From an uncultured Cellvibrionaceae bacterium (GTDB taxonomy: Bacteria > Pseudomonadota > Gammaproteobacteria > Pseudomonadales > Cellvibrionaceae), in contig CBFGOY010000001.1 of assembly GCA_965650515.1 (NCBI GenBank), forward strand, positions 59,289 through 123,288: a stretch of 64,000 nucleotides of DNA. The letters are read 5' to 3'. Below are positions 31,029-41,897 of this stretch, piece after piece. The first letter of the stretch is position 1, and every line of letters starts with the position of its first letter. The notes under the pieces are model-generated. The model worked only from the letters and a program-made list of their open reading frames with translations, made no database searches and was not told the DNA's origin. The translations under genes were made by a program, and so were the position numbers.

Positions 31029-32111
31029 ATGCAGGTCTTAACCGTTAATCTGGATGATCGTAGTTATCCTATCTATATTGGCGAGCAGCTCTTATCCCGT
31101 TCCGAGTTAATTACCCGCCACATTCGCGGGAAGCAAGTTTGTATCGTCACCAACGAAACCATCGCACCTTTATATCTTGGCTCTTTGCTTAAAAGTTTAG
31201 GCAATGTGCAAGTTGATACTGTGGTCTTGCCCGATGGTGAGGGTTTTAAAACCCTGGAGGTATGGGCAAGTATTTTCGATAAATTACTTGATGCTCGCCA
31301 TAACCGTACCACAACGTTAATTGCGTTGGGCGGCGGTGTGGTGGGGGATATGACCGGGTTTGCGGCGGCTTGCTATCAACGGGGCGTGGATTTTATCCAG
31401 ATACCCACCACGTTATTGTCGATGGTGGATTCTTCTGTCGGCGGAAAAACCGGTGTTAACCACCCTTTGGGTAAAAACATGATCGGTGCTTTTTATCAGC
31501 CACAATGTGTGTTGGCTGATACGTCGCTGCTTGACAGTTTGCCGCCGCGCGAATTATCCGCGGGTATTGCGGAAGTTATTAAATATGGATTGATTTCCGA
31601 CTACGAATTTTTTGTCTGGTTGGAAAACAATATGGATGCGTTAATGGCGGGTGACAAAGAGGCATTGGCCTATGCCGTGAAGCGCTCCTGCGAAAACAAG
31701 GCTGATGTTGTTGCCAAAGATGAACGTGAAGGTGGTTTGCGTGCCATTTTGAATTTTGGCCACACCTTCGGCCACGCGATTGAAACTGCCCAGGGCTATG
31801 GCAATTGGTTGCATGGTGAAGCGGTGGCGGCCGGGATGGCGATGGCCGCGGATTTATCCTGGCGTCGCGGCGCCATCAGTGAACCCGAACTTAATCGCAT
31901 TATCCAGTTATTAGGGCGTGCTCGTTTACCCACAAAAGCCCCTGCCGATATGGCACCGGAGCAATTTGAACAATTGATGGGCGTCGATAAAAAAGTATTG
32001 GATGGTCGCTTGCGTTTGGTGCTATTGGAATCCATGGGTAAGGCAATGGTTACCAGCGATATAGATACCGATTTATTGCAGCAAACTTTCGATGCCTGCA
32101 AGGCCGATTAA
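31029..32111 (+). CDS. aroB: 3-dehydroquinate synthase
   Basis: [43 protein letters not shown]. Confidence 0.98.
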   Translation: MQVLTVNLDDRSYPIYIGEQLLSRSELITRHIRGKQVCIVTNETIAPLYLGSLLKSLGNVQVDTVVLPDGEGFKTLEVWASIFDKLLDARHNRTTTLIALGGGVVGDMTGFAAACYQRGVDFIQIPTTLLSMVDSSVGGKTGVNHPLGKNMIGAFYQPQCVLADTSLLDSLPPRELSAGIAEVIKYGLISDYEFFVWLENNMDALMAGDKEALAYAVKRSCENKADVVAKDEREGGLRAILNFGHTFGHAIETAQGYGNWLHGEAVAAGMAMAADLSWRRGAISEPELNRIIQLLGRARLPTKAPADMAPEQFEQLMGVDKKVLDGRLRLVLLESMGKAMVTSDIDTDLLQQTFDACKAD

Positions 32112-32138
32112 TTAATCAGGTTAAAAGAGATTGAAACC

Positions 32139-33863
32139 ATGACTGGAGAGCCGCCACTTCGCGCCCAGCCGGACAGTCGGATCCTGGAACAGGATTCGCA
32201 GCAAGGGTATTTATTTGATGATCGGGATGAGCACAAGGACGATCAGTTGCTCGCGGATTATCGCCAGCGTTATGGCTTATCCGAAGATCCGTTTGCACAC
32301 GATTTTTCGTTCCCATTATTCACCGGTGTCGGGCGCCGTGAACTGCTGGATCAATTGCTGCATTTATGCCAGTTCAGCAATAGCCTATTGGTTGTGCTGG
32401 GTGATTATGGTGTTGGTAAAACACGTATCGCCCACGCATTCATGGATTCACTCTCCGACCAGGATCAAATATGTTTCCTCAGTCTGCGCAATGGCCAGAC
32501 GTTAGAGCAAATATTGCTCGCCATTAACCAAACCTTTGGAATCCAGACCGGAGAAGTTCCCTCCACCGAAAATTTACTTGGTGCATTAGAAGCGTTCATT
32601 GCTGAAGAGGCCGTTTCCGAAGATGACGGTTTGGCGGTGGTAGTGCTGGATAATGCGCATTTATTGGATGACCAATCGATCTCGGTATTGACTGCGTTGC
32701 TCAATAATTTCCCACAGCAAAATCGTTTGCATTTTGCATTATTTGGCGAACCATCGTTGATGCGTCGCCTTGAGCGATTGAGCCCGGAAAATTTATTGTG
32801 TAACGATTTTAACCTGCCGCCTTTCACCTTGCAGGAAACGGTGGATTACTTAAATTTCCGCATGGAAATGGCAGATTATCTCGGACCGGAAATTTTTACC
32901 GAAGCCAAAGTGGAGTCCTGGTGGCGCCAGGCGCAGGGCCAATTAACCGTGCTTCATGGGCTCGCTGAGGAACACTTGCTGGAGTCAGTGACACCGGCGC
33001 GAACCCCGAGCAAACGGCCTTTGCCGGTAATCCACATTGTTGCCATATCGTTATTGATCGCAATGGTTGGGGTGGCTTTCCTGTACATGGGGGATGATGA
33101 ACCGAACCCGGTAGCAGTTGCTAATAACCCTGCGGTAAATTCAGCGCCTGCATTGGTTGCGACGTCCGCACCAACCAGTGCGATGGAATTAACGTCTACC
33201 CAGACACCAGTGCAACCTTTAATGCAGAGTTTGCCGCAGCCACAATCATCTTATCAGCTGACCCAGGTTCAGCCGCAGCTTCAGCAGCCGGCTACGCCGG
33301 AGCCTGCTGCGACGATAGAAACCAACAACGCACCAGTTGCAGAATCAACCACCAGTGATATTGCCAAAGAAGAAATTGTTCCCTTGGTGCAACTGCCTAC
33401 GGCCCCCCCGAAACCTGCGGGCCAACCCAATGTTATCGCTGAACCAAAACCCGCATCTGTTGCGGCAACAGCTCCGGTTATGCCCACATCTTCGCCTGTC
33501 GCGGTAAAACCTGAACCGACCCCCAAGCCGACTGCCAGGTCCGCGCCGCAACAAACGAGTGGCAGTGCGCAGGAACAACAGATTTTGGGATGGAAACCCA
33601 ATGAATACACTATCCAATTATTGGGGGTAAGCAATCAAAACGCCGCGCGCGATTTTATTGCAACACAGTCCAATAAACGTGATTTGCTAATGTTTAAAAG
33701 CAAGCGGCAGGGTAAGGATTGGTTTGTTGTGATTACGGGGCGTTTTGCCAGTTCCGCAGAGGCGCGCCAGGCCATTACAAAATTGCCTGCTTCCCAGCGC
33801 GATGCAGGTCCCTGGCCACGCGACGTGAAAACCATTCAGGCTGAAATTAAATCGGCGATGTAA
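32139..33863 (+). CDS. DamX-like protein: ExeA-type AAA domain, TM, Pro/Ala/Gln linker, SPOR
   Basis: Walker A GDYGVGKT, TM IHIVAISLLIAMVGVAFLY, SPOR (YTIQLLG...WFVVITGRF...AGPWPR); follows aroB. Confidence 0.85.
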   Translation: MTGEPPLRAQPDSRILEQDSQQGYLFDDRDEHKDDQLLADYRQRYGLSEDPFAHDFSFPLFTGVGRRELLDQLLHLCQFSNSLLVVLGDYGVGKTRIAHAFMDSLSDQDQICFLSLRNGQTLEQILLAINQTFGIQTGEVPSTENLLGALEAFIAEEAVSEDDGLAVVVLDNAHLLDDQSISVLTALLNNFPQQNRLHFALFGEPSLMRRLERLSPENLLCNDFNLPPFTLQETVDYLNFRMEMADYLGPEIFTEAKVESWWRQAQGQLTVLHGLAEEHLLESVTPARTPSKRPLPVIHIVAISLLIAMVGVAFLYMGDDEPNPVAVANNPAVNSAPALVATSAPTSAMELTSTQTPVQPLMQSLPQPQSSYQLTQVQPQLQQPATPEPAATIETNNAPVAESTTSDIAKEEIVPLVQLPTAPPKPAGQPNVIAEPKPASVAATAPVMPTSSPVAVKPEPTPKPTARSAPQQTSGSAQEQQILGWKPNEYTIQLLGVSNQNAARDFIATQSNKRDLLMFKSKRQGKDWFVVITGRFASSAEARQAITKLPASQRDAGPWPRDVKTIQAEIKSAM

Positions 33864-33879
33864 TGAATCGATGGTGTGC

Positions 33880-33907
33880 AAAAAACGCGGCGGTTGCCGC
33901 GTTTTTT
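33880..33907. terminator. Bidirectional terminator between damX-like and gcvH
   Basis: AAAAAACGCGGC-GGTT-GCCGCGTTTTTT. Confidence 0.88.
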
Positions 33908-33928
33908 TATAGGTTTTTTTTTGGGGAT

Positions 33929-34321
33929 TTATTCTTCGCTTTCCAACAGTTCGCGGTATTCATCGGCGTTCATCGCATCATCCAATTCGGATAAATCATC
34001 GGGTTGTACGCGGAAGAACCAGCCATCGTCGTAAGGTGAGCCGTTTACCGTTTCCGGTGCGTCCTGCAAGGCTTCATTGACTGCGATCACCTCGCCTGAG
34101 ACCAGGGTGTAAATATCCGACGCGGCTTTCACAGACTCAACCACACCGGCCTCTTCGCCGACTGCAACACGAGAGCCTACCTCGGGCGTTTCTACGTAAA
34201 CCACATCGCCCAATGCGTCTTGCGCGTGATCGGTAATGCCGATAGTGACGGTGCCATCTTCCTCAATGCGCGCCCACTCGTGGCTGCTCAGGTATTTCAA
34301 TTCTTTACGAATTTCGCTCAT
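33929..34321 (-). CDS. gcvH: Glycine cleavage system H protein
   Basis: [25 protein letters not shown] (lipoyl Lys), SPYDDGW. Confidence 0.98.
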   Translation of the reverse strand: MSEIRKELKYLSSHEWARIEEDGTVTIGITDHAQDALGDVVYVETPEVGSRVAVGEEAGVVESVKAASDIYTLVSGEVIAVNEALQDAPETVNGSPYDDGWFFRVQPDDLSELDDAMNADEYRELLESEE

Positions 34322-34397
34322 GATGCTGTCCTGTATTTGTTGGAAACTGCGCGGGCGGTCCCGCGTGTATTTAAAGTTGAGTTTTTAAAAGGCCACG

Positions 34398-35486
34398 TTA
34401 AATCAGAGGCTTGCCATTGCGCACAAAATTGGGGGCAACAACATTGACTTGTACTTGCTTGCCGCGCATTTCTACCAGGCATTGATTACCGATCCCGGCG
34501 GGTACACGTGCCAAGGCAATAGAATAGCCCAAGGTGGGCGAAAATGTCCCGCTGGTGATAACGCCTTTTTCATCGCTGCCAGGGATAAGCACCCATTGTT
34601 CCGCGCGTAATACGCCGCGTTCGCGCAACACCAATCCCACCAATTTATGTTGTTTGCCTTCGGCTTTTTGTGCTTCCAATACCGGGCGGCCAATAAAGTT
34701 GCGCGTGGCCGGCTGCCACGCAATAGTCCAGCCCATATTGGCAGCCAGCGGCGAGACAGATTCGTCCATCTCATGACCGTAGAGGTTCATGCCCGCCTCC
34801 AGGCGCAGGGTGTCGCGCGCGCCTAAACCGCAGGGCGCTACACCGGCCCTGGCCAGTGCATTCCAGAAGTCCACTGCCTGCCCATTGGGTAACATGATTT
34901 CAAGGCCGTCTTCGCCGGTATAGCCGGTGCGGCCAATGAACCAGTCATTCGCGGGTAAGCCCTGGAATACTTTCAGTTGGTCGATAACCGCGGCTTTTTC
35001 ACTGCTAACCAGTGATTTGCTGATATTGATAGCCTGCGGGCCCTGTACGGCTATCATCGCCAAATCATCGCGTTCTTGCAGGGATACCGAAAAATCCGCC
35101 GCAATTTCATTCATCCAGGCGAGGTCTTTCTCGCGTGTACTGCAATTGACTACCACGCGATACCAGTCGCCCAGGTTGTAGACAATCAAATCATCAATGA
35201 CCCCGCCTTCGTGGTTGAGCATACCGCTGTAAAGCGCCTTGCCCAGCAGGGTGTCCAGCTTGGCGACATCATTGGCCAGCAGGTATTGCAAATAGGGTTT
35301 GGCATCTTTGCCGGTCACATCCACCACCGTCATGTGCGAAACATCAAACATGCCGGCGTGCTGGCGGACTTTGTGGTGTTCTTCAATTTGGGAGCCGTAA
35401 TGCAATGGCATGTCCCAGCCACCAAAGTCCACAAGTTTGCCGCCCATGGCTTGGTGGGTGGCGTAGAGAGCGGTTTTATTGCCCAT
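34398..35486 (-). CDS. gcvT: Glycine cleavage system aminomethyltransferase T
   Basis: [40 protein letters not shown]. Confidence 0.98.
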   Translation of the reverse strand: MGNKTALYATHQAMGGKLVDFGGWDMPLHYGSQIEEHHKVRQHAGMFDVSHMTVVDVTGKDAKPYLQYLLANDVAKLDTLLGKALYSGMLNHEGGVIDDLIVYNLGDWYRVVVNCSTREKDLAWMNEIAADFSVSLQERDDLAMIAVQGPQAINISKSLVSSEKAAVIDQLKVFQGLPANDWFIGRTGYTGEDGLEIMLPNGQAVDFWNALARAGVAPCGLGARDTLRLEAGMNLYGHEMDESVSPLAANMGWTIAWQPATRNFIGRPVLEAQKAEGKQHKLVGLVLRERGVLRAEQWVLIPGSDEKGVITSGTFSPTLGYSIALARVPAGIGNQCLVEMRGKQVQVNVVAPNFVRNGKPLI

Positions 35487-35523
35487 GGGATTACCTGCTG
35501 GAAGGTTAACAAATGAGGGTGAA

Positions 35524-35556
35524 CAAAAAGGGGCGCCATTTTAGGCGGGCGCCCCT
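35524..35556 (-). terminator. Terminator closing the protease-FHA-YbhB operon
   Basis: Minus strand AGGGGCGCC-10 nt-GGCGCCCCT-TTTTGTT. Confidence 0.75.
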
Positions 35557-35578
35557 GTGCTGTCCAATCGCGATTGGT

Positions 35579-36130
35579 TTAGCGGCCGTAATAAGCGGTA
35601 AAACCGGTTTTTTCGATCAGATTTGCATTGATCATATAGCCGATCAGCGCCGCGGTGGCGCCGTCCGGGATTTCCAGCTTGTCCGTTTTGAGGGCATGCA
35701 GGGTGAAAATGTAGCGGTGGGGTTTATCGCCGACCGGCGGACAGGCGCCGCCAAAGCCCGGGGCCCCAAAGTCTGTGCGGCCTTGCTGGCTGCCCGCCGG
35801 GAGTTTTTTACCATCGGCGGTACCTGCGCCGGCATCGATTTTGTTCGCGGTGGCGGGGATGTTGTACACCACCCAATGCCACCAGCCGGAGCCGGTGGGC
35901 GCATCCGGATCATAAACGGTAAGCGCAAAACCCTTGGTACCGGCGGGTGCATTTTTCCAGACCAGTTCGGGCGAAATATTGTTGCCTGTGCAACCAAAAC
36001 CGTTAAAAACCTGATCCATTGCCAGTGTGGATTCAGGTTTGATCGCAGGGCTGGATAACTGGAACCCGGAGGCTTGTACCAGGGCGCTAACACTGCACAG
36101 CGCCACGAGTGCGATGGTTCTTTTCAACAT
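35579..36130 (-). CDS. YbhB/YbcL-family (PEBP/RKIP-like) periplasmic protein
   Basis: Signal peptide; FGCTGNNISPEL, YDPDAPTGSGWWHW, GACPPVGDKPHRYIF. Confidence 0.93.
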   Translation of the reverse strand: MLKRTIALVALCSVSALVQASGFQLSSPAIKPESTLAMDQVFNGFGCTGNNISPELVWKNAPAGTKGFALTVYDPDAPTGSGWWHWVVYNIPATANKIDAGAGTADGKKLPAGSQQGRTDFGAPGFGGACPPVGDKPHRYIFTLHALKTDKLEIPDGATAALIGYMINANLIEKTGFTAYYGR

Positions 36131-36133
36131 GTT

Positions 36134-37186
36134 TTACTCCTTCATTGTTGGTAGGGATGATTGGGACGGCGAGGCTGTGCCTGTGTCGTCATCAGCCGGT
36201 TTATCTTCGATAATTTTTTGAATCAGGTTTTTATCCTTTTCCGGTTTTTCCTTGCGTTCACTGTCCACCCGTGCTTTGAGTGATTCAATATTTTTGGTGA
36301 AAGTTTCCACAGGAACGTCATTACTGAGTCGCAACGCCGGTGGATAGAGTTTGCTGAGGTAAAGCTCATCGGATAAATAATTACTCGCCTGGTATTCCTT
36401 CGCCATATTAATGCCGATAGCAAGCAATGCGAGGCCTGCAAGGTAAGCGCGCAAGCGCGCGGGGCGTTTGTTTCCGGCGGTCAGTAAATGGAAATACAAC
36501 ACCACGGCAAGGAGCAGGATTATCGGTTGGCTGGTAAACCGCGCCAGCGACTCTACACTGAACGCATATGCGATGGCGCCGCTGGAAAACTTCCACAATT
36601 GAACAACAGCCAGGCCGGCACAAACAATGAACAAATGGCGGCCGAAGCGCGCATGGCCGTTGAACAATTTGCTGAATAAGGCCCATACGCCCGCCCAACC
36701 CAATGCAAAGCCAAAGGTTCCCACCAATTCGAGCAAATATTTACTCAGCGTGCCCTGCTGCAAATCACCCAGCCAGGTGCTGAGCAAACCTGTGCACACC
36801 AGTAAAGCACCACCGAGCACAGCGGGCAGCCACCCCTCCCAGTGATGGTTGGTGGAATCGCTGACTTCCGGTGCCACGGGGTAATCCGCGGTACGTATGC
36901 GCAAACGCGTGTGGCCCAGGCGATATATCGCATCACCATTCACCACAAAAAAATCACTGCGTTGCTTTCCGAATGAGATACCGTTTTGGCTCCCCAAATC
37001 GCTGATGACCAATTCATCCAATTGGTTTAATTCGATCTGCGCGTGATGCGCCGCCGTGTGCTGGTCATCCAGGATTATGTCGTTGTCATAGGCGCGACCG
37101 ATGCGAATGGGAAGGTGCATGCACCGGGTGCGGGTAATTACTTCGCCATCGGGTGTTAAGAGTTCGATAAATACAGGCTGGCTCAT
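36134..37186 (-). CDS. FHA-domain membrane protein (~5 TM)
   Basis: IGRAYDNDIILDD..AAHHA, DLGSQNG FHA motifs, then five hydrophobic segments and a charged C-terminal tail. Confidence 0.88.
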   Translation of the reverse strand: MSQPVFIELLTPDGEVITRTRCMHLPIRIGRAYDNDIILDDQHTAAHHAQIELNQLDELVISDLGSQNGISFGKQRSDFFVVNGDAIYRLGHTRLRIRTADYPVAPEVSDSTNHHWEGWLPAVLGGALLVCTGLLSTWLGDLQQGTLSKYLLELVGTFGFALGWAGVWALFSKLFNGHARFGRHLFIVCAGLAVVQLWKFSSGAIAYAFSVESLARFTSQPIILLLAVVLYFHLLTAGNKRPARLRAYLAGLALLAIGINMAKEYQASNYLSDELYLSKLYPPALRLSNDVPVETFTKNIESLKARVDSERKEKPEKDKNLIQKIIEDKPADDDTGTASPSQSSLPTMKE

Positions 37187-38571
37187 TGCTGGGTCCCCGC
37201 ATTTCCTGGGGAATCATTAAGCGATGCGCGATCAATGCCCTGCAAGAATTCGGTAATCAGCTTTACCCCATTGGCATAGGACACGCCCTGGATATTAATC
37301 ATGCTTTGCAAACTCTTGTCGCTGTCATCGGTGCTGGCGGTGATGAGCGTGAAATCGTACAGGCCTTTGAATTTGTGGTAGGCCTCGGCGCATACCAGCG
37401 CACGCACCGAAATGTTTTTATTGCCCACAAAATCCTCAGTACAGTACGCGGGCGTAATGGTTTCACTTTTGGCGGTGCTGAATACCTGTCCGTCATAAAG
37501 GTTGGTGGCCAGTTGCGCAAATTGCATCGCATTTAATTTTTTATTGCGGGCGAATTTGTGATGCATGCTCAGATGGCCGGTTTGCAATTCGCCTGACACG
37601 AAAATAGCTGACTCCATGTTGCAATTGATACTGTCGATGGAATAGGGCTTTTTATCACTGTTATCGGTATTGCCCCAGCAGCGCACTTGTTCGGATTCGC
37701 GTACCGGCACCCGGTAAGGCCCCAGTTGTTTAATGCTGAAGGGTTTTTCGAGCAGCTTATCCACCATGGCCGCCTGGTGTTGCAGGAGCTGTTCGCCAAT
37801 GATCGGATTAAAACCCTTTGGGGGCGTCATATCGGCGCTGACCCTGGCGAGCAGTTGCTGGACGTAAATTGCGGGCACCAGGAAACTAACCAGTTCCCCA
37901 TCGCGCCGGTGGGCGACGTTTACCCCGGCGAGTTGGCCATCCGCAGTAACATTGGGGCCGCCGCTCATACCGGGATTAACCGGCCCGGTAAACATGAGTT
38001 GCGCGGAAAAGCCGCGGTGGCTTTCCCCGTTGTAGGTACCTTCGGAAATGGTAAAGCCCAGATCCAGCGGGTTGCCCAGCGAATACAAATGTTGTCCCTG
38101 TTTTAGCGGTGTTAACGCCGGTTGGGGGGTATCGCCGGCAACAAACGGCACATTGAAAACCCCGGTTCCCTGTAAATTGACGCGCACCACGGCCAGGTCG
38201 TGCAGCACATCCACCGCGAGTAATTCGATGGATCCGTTTTTGCCTTGCGTATCCTTGTATTCACCGAAATAAATATCCGGCTCAAGGGCAATTTGGGATA
38301 CCACGTGATAGTTGGTAATGACCAGGTTCGATGTACCTATCAGGAAACCTGAGCCCACGGAACTTTGGCTATTACCGCTTTTGGTTAGCACGCGCAATTG
38401 GAGCAGATCCCGTTGCGCGGCGGCATAAAGTTGTTGGGCGGTAGATGACGGCGCTTGTACTGATGCCGGTGTTTTTTGCGCGGATTCACCCGGCTGGGGT
38501 TTAAGCACTTGCGCATTGCTGCCACCAGCAAGGCTGATCGCTAAAGGCAACAAAAGGGAACGGAATTTCAT
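37183..38571 (-). CDS. Secreted trypsin-like (S1C-type) serine protease with uncharacterised C-terminal domain
   Basis: Signal peptide; GSGF, TNYHVV (His), DLAVV (Asp), NPGMSGGP (Ser); no PDZ recognised. Confidence 0.9.
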   Translation of the reverse strand: MKFRSLLLPLAISLAGGSNAQVLKPQPGESAQKTPASVQAPSSTAQQLYAAAQRDLLQLRVLTKSGNSQSSVGSGFLIGTSNLVITNYHVVSQIALEPDIYFGEYKDTQGKNGSIELLAVDVLHDLAVVRVNLQGTGVFNVPFVAGDTPQPALTPLKQGQHLYSLGNPLDLGFTISEGTYNGESHRGFSAQLMFTGPVNPGMSGGPNVTADGQLAGVNVAHRRDGELVSFLVPAIYVQQLLARVSADMTPPKGFNPIIGEQLLQHQAAMVDKLLEKPFSIKQLGPYRVPVRESEQVRCWGNTDNSDKKPYSIDSINCNMESAIFVSGELQTGHLSMHHKFARNKKLNAMQFAQLATNLYDGQVFSTAKSETITPAYCTEDFVGNKNISVRALVCAEAYHKFKGLYDFTLITASTDDSDKSLQSMINIQGVSYANGVKLITEFLQGIDRASLNDSPGNAGTQQ

Positions 38572-38699
38572 GAAAGTCCTTGCGGCTGGGTTAACAAAAA
38601 TAGTGCATGGATATTAGCGGCAATTGCGGGGCTTAGGTAGGAAGAATTACCAATGTTTACGGCAAAATGTTTTGCCTATGCAACCGCGCGCGGCCAGGT

Positions 38700-39419
38700 T
38701 TAATGGTCCGGTGTACGCGCCAGTGCCCAGATATCCACCCGTTGGGCGCCCGCCTTCAAAAGAAGTTCACTGACTGCGCGGGCGGTCGCGGTAGTCGTCA
38801 CCACATCATCCACTACCGCAACATGCGCGCCGCGCAAGGTTGCTGCGTGGTGGTGGGTTATCGCCAGTGAGGCGCGCAGGTTTTTTTGTCGCTCGCGTCG
38901 CCCAAGGCTTTTTTGCGCAGGGTGATAGCGTGTTTGGCGAATGGCGGGGATAACCGGTAGATCCAGTGCTGCACCTAGTTGACGGGCGAGGAGTTCGGTT
39001 TGGTTGAACCCGCGCTGCCAGCGTTTGCGCCAATGGATTGGGGCGGGCACCAACATGCCGGGGCGTTTTGCCTGGCGGCAAGTTTCGACAAGCAGGGTGC
39101 CGAGCGCTTTGCCACTGGTTAATTGCTGCCGATATTTGAATTGATGGATCAGGTGATCCAGCGGGTATTCATAACTGAAAGCAATGTGGCTGCGAGTGAA
39201 GGCCGGCCGACGCTCCAGGCACTGGCCGCAAAGAGGTGCGGGGCTTTTGAGCGGCAGGGCGCAACAGTGGCATAGGTAAGGGAATTTACCCAGGTGCGGC
39301 AGTGCTCCATAACAATGCTTGCAAATAAGTGGAGTCCCGCAGGCAGTGCCGCAAAGTAAGCAATGGTTGGGAATTAACCGGTTAATTAAACGACTAAAGA
39401 ATCCGGGGGCAAACGTCAT
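38700..39419 (-). CDS. comF: ComF/GntX-family phosphoribosyltransferase
   Basis: N-terminal CxxC zinc motifs, RGFNQ, VVDDVVTTTAT, WALAR; divergent from bioB. Confidence 0.93.
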   Translation of the reverse strand: MTFAPGFFSRLINRLIPNHCLLCGTACGTPLICKHCYGALPHLGKFPYLCHCCALPLKSPAPLCGQCLERRPAFTRSHIAFSYEYPLDHLIHQFKYRQQLTSGKALGTLLVETCRQAKRPGMLVPAPIHWRKRWQRGFNQTELLARQLGAALDLPVIPAIRQTRYHPAQKSLGRRERQKNLRASLAITHHHAATLRGAHVAVVDDVVTTTATARAVSELLLKAGAQRVDIWALARTPDH

Positions 39420-39503
39420 AGGCAGTCCTTGCGAGAGGTGGGGTAACCATCCAAATCAGTAACCCGTCAAGTCTACCGGCTTAAACGGCTGTGTCAAAAG
39501 CGG

Positions 39504-39536
39504 TTGTAAACTTTTTATCGCTCCAAAGGTTGACAG
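39504..39536. promoter_or_regulatory. BirA operator (bioO) overlapping the bioB -35
   Basis: TTGTAAACT-N15-GGTTGACAG. The right arm contains TTGACA (39530-39535), with TAAGAT 16 nt downstream (39552-39557). Confidence 0.82.
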
Positions 39537-39597
39537 CTATTTCCTCTCGGTTAAGATGCGGAAAACCCATAATTCCTACAACCTTCAGGGATTTGTT

Positions 39598-40656
39598 ATG
39601 AATGCCAGCTTTGCTCCTGCGATCCGCCACGATTGGACCCGCGCCGAAATCACCGCACTCTTTGCACTGCCTTTCAGCGATTTGATGTTCCAGGCCCAAT
39701 CAGTTCACCGCGCCTGGTTTAATCCCAATGAAGTACAAGTCAGCACGCTCTGCTCCATCAAAACGGGCGCTTGTCCTGAAGACTGCGCTTACTGCCCACA
39801 GTCCGCACGCTACGATACCGGCCTTGAGCGCGAAAAATTGATGGCGGTCGAAAAAGTGATTGAAGAGGCCCGCGCGGCGAAAGCCTCGGGTGCAACCCGT
39901 TTTTGTATGGGCGCCGCCTGGCGCTCCCCCAAGGGCAAAGACATGCCCTATGTCACCCACATGGTTAAAGGGGTAAAAGCCCTGGGTCTGGAAACCTGCA
40001 TGACGCTGGGGATGCTGGATGAGCACCAGGCACAGGAACTCGCTGACGCTGGCCTTGATTACTACAACCACAACCTGGATACCTCGCCTGAATACTACGG
40101 CGAAATTATTACCACCCGCACCTACCAGGATCGCCTGGAAACCCTCACCAATGTGCGCAAGGCGGGTATGAAAGTATGCTGCGGTGGCATTGTGGGCATG
40201 GGCGAAGAGGTCACTGATCGCGCGGGGCTATTGCAGCAATTGGCGAACATGCCGGAGCACCCGGAATCTGTTCCTATCAATATGCTGGTAAAAGTCAGCG
40301 GAACCCCGCTGGCGGACCAGGCCGACCTTGACCCTATCGATTTTATCCGCACCATTGCGGTGGCGCGTATCCTTATGCCCAAATCGTATGTGCGGTTGTC
40401 TGCCGGCCGCGAGCAGATGAACGAGCAAACCCAGGCTATGGCATTCCTGGCGGGTGCCAACTCGATTTTCTATGGTGAAAAACTACTGACCACCCCGAAC
40501 CCGGAAGCCAATAAAGATATGCAACTGTTCAGGAAGCTCGGTATTCAGCCTGAAGCTTATGAGGTGCATGAAGATGAAAGCGAACAGGAAGCGGCGCTAG
40601 TCAACCAATTACACGAAGCACAACTGGATTCGATGTTCTACAACGCAGCGACATAG
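39598..40656 (+). CDS. bioB: Biotin synthase
   Basis: Radical [39 protein letters not shown]. Confidence 0.98.
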   Translation: MNASFAPAIRHDWTRAEITALFALPFSDLMFQAQSVHRAWFNPNEVQVSTLCSIKTGACPEDCAYCPQSARYDTGLEREKLMAVEKVIEEARAAKASGATRFCMGAAWRSPKGKDMPYVTHMVKGVKALGLETCMTLGMLDEHQAQELADAGLDYYNHNLDTSPEYYGEIITTRTYQDRLETLTNVRKAGMKVCCGGIVGMGEEVTDRAGLLQQLANMPEHPESVPINMLVKVSGTPLADQADLDPIDFIRTIAVARILMPKSYVRLSAGREQMNEQTQAMAFLAGANSIFYGEKLLTTPNPEANKDMQLFRKLGIQPEAYEVHEDESEQEAALVNQLHEAQLDSMFYNAAT

Positions 40657-40715
40657 CCTGCAATGATGTCCTCCCGGCGGGTTGCGTTGCCAGCCCGCCT
40701 TACAAGTACTTATCA

Positions 40716-41897
40716 ATGTCTTCTCATCTCGATCAAACACTCGCTCCATTACTTGCCGAACGCCGCGCTGCGCATTTGTATCGCGCCCGTAAAACCTTGC
40801 AATCGCCGCCAATGCCGGAGGTCATGGTGGACGGAAAAAACTATCTCGCGTTTTGCAGCAATGATTATCTCGGCCTTGCCAATCATCCGGATGTCATCGC
40901 TGCGCTTATCAGTGCCGCACAAAAATTCGGTGTCGGTAGCGGCGCTGCCCACCTGGTCGCAGGCCATTCCAGCGAACACCACGCACTCGAAGAGGAGTTG
41001 GCCGCATTTACCGGGCGCGAGCGCGCATTATTATTTTCCACCGGCTACATGGCGAACCTGGGAGCGATTAACGCCCTGGTTGGGCAGGGTGACGCGGTAT
41101 TTGAGGACCGCCTGAACCACGCCAGCTTGTTGGACGCCGGTTTATCAAGCGGCGCACGCTTCCAGCGTTTTTTGCACAACGATCTGGATAACTTGCAAAC
41201 CCGTTTGGAAAAAACCGGGGCTGCGCGCAAGTTAATAGCAGTGGACGGGGTTTTCAGCATGGATGGCGATTGCGCGCCCCTGCCAGAGCTTGCTGCGCTC
41301 GCGCAAAAATATAACGCCTGGTTGATGGTTGATGATGCCCACGGGTTTGGTTTCCTGGGAAAAACCGGCGCGGGCAGTGCGGAGCATTTTGGTTTAAGCC
41401 AAAACGACCTGCCTGTTTTGATGGGGACCTTAGGTAAGGCTGCGGGCAGCTTCGGCGCTTTCATTGCCGGCAGTGAGACGCTAATCGAAAGCCTCATCCA
41501 ATTTGCGCGTCCCTATATTTACACAACCGCCATGCCTCCTGCCGTTGCCGCCGCAACGCGCGCGAGCTTACGCATCATCCAGGCCGAACATTGGCGGCGC
41601 CAACATTTGCAACAATTGATCGCCCATTTCCGTCGCGGTGCTGCGCAAGCGGGTTTGCAATTGATGGATTCCTTTTCGCCCATCCAGCCCATCATTATCG
41701 GTAGAGAAGCAAAAACACTGGCCGTTGCCGAGCGCCTTGCGGCACGGGGAATTTTAATTATTGCGATTCGTCCGCCGACGGTTCCGGCAGGGAGCTCACG
41801 CCTGCGTATCACTTTCTCCGCACAGCATTCTGTGGCACAGGTGGATTTGCTGTTAACGGCGCTCGCAGAAGCGTTAAACGAGGTGGCGGATGATTAA
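40716..41897 (+). CDS. bioF: 8-amino-7-oxononanoate synthase
   Basis: [37 protein letters not shown] (PLP Lys). Confidence 0.98.
   Translation: MSSHLDQTLAPLLAERRAAHLYRARKTLQSPPMPEVMVDGKNYLAFCSNDYLGLANHPDVIAALISAAQKFGVGSGAAHLVAGHSSEHHALEEELAAFTGRERALLFSTGYMANLGAINALVGQGDAVFEDRLNHASLLDAGLSSGARFQRFLHNDLDNLQTRLEKTGAARKLIAVDGVFSMDGDCAPLPELAALAQKYNAWLMVDDAHGFGFLGKTGAGSAEHFGLSQNDLPVLMGTLGKAAGSFGAFIAGSETLIESLIQFARPYIYTTAMPPAVAAATRASLRIIQAEHWRRQHLQQLIAHFRRGAAQAGLQLMDSFSPIQPIIIGREAKTLAVAERLAARGILIIAIRPPTVPAGSSRLRITFSAQHSVAQVDLLLTALAEALNEVADD

Noticed and set aside
35487-35578. Glycine riboswitch upstream of gcvT
   Set aside because: The region is too short and lacks the GGAGA/CCGAAG/CTCTCAGG aptamer motifs.
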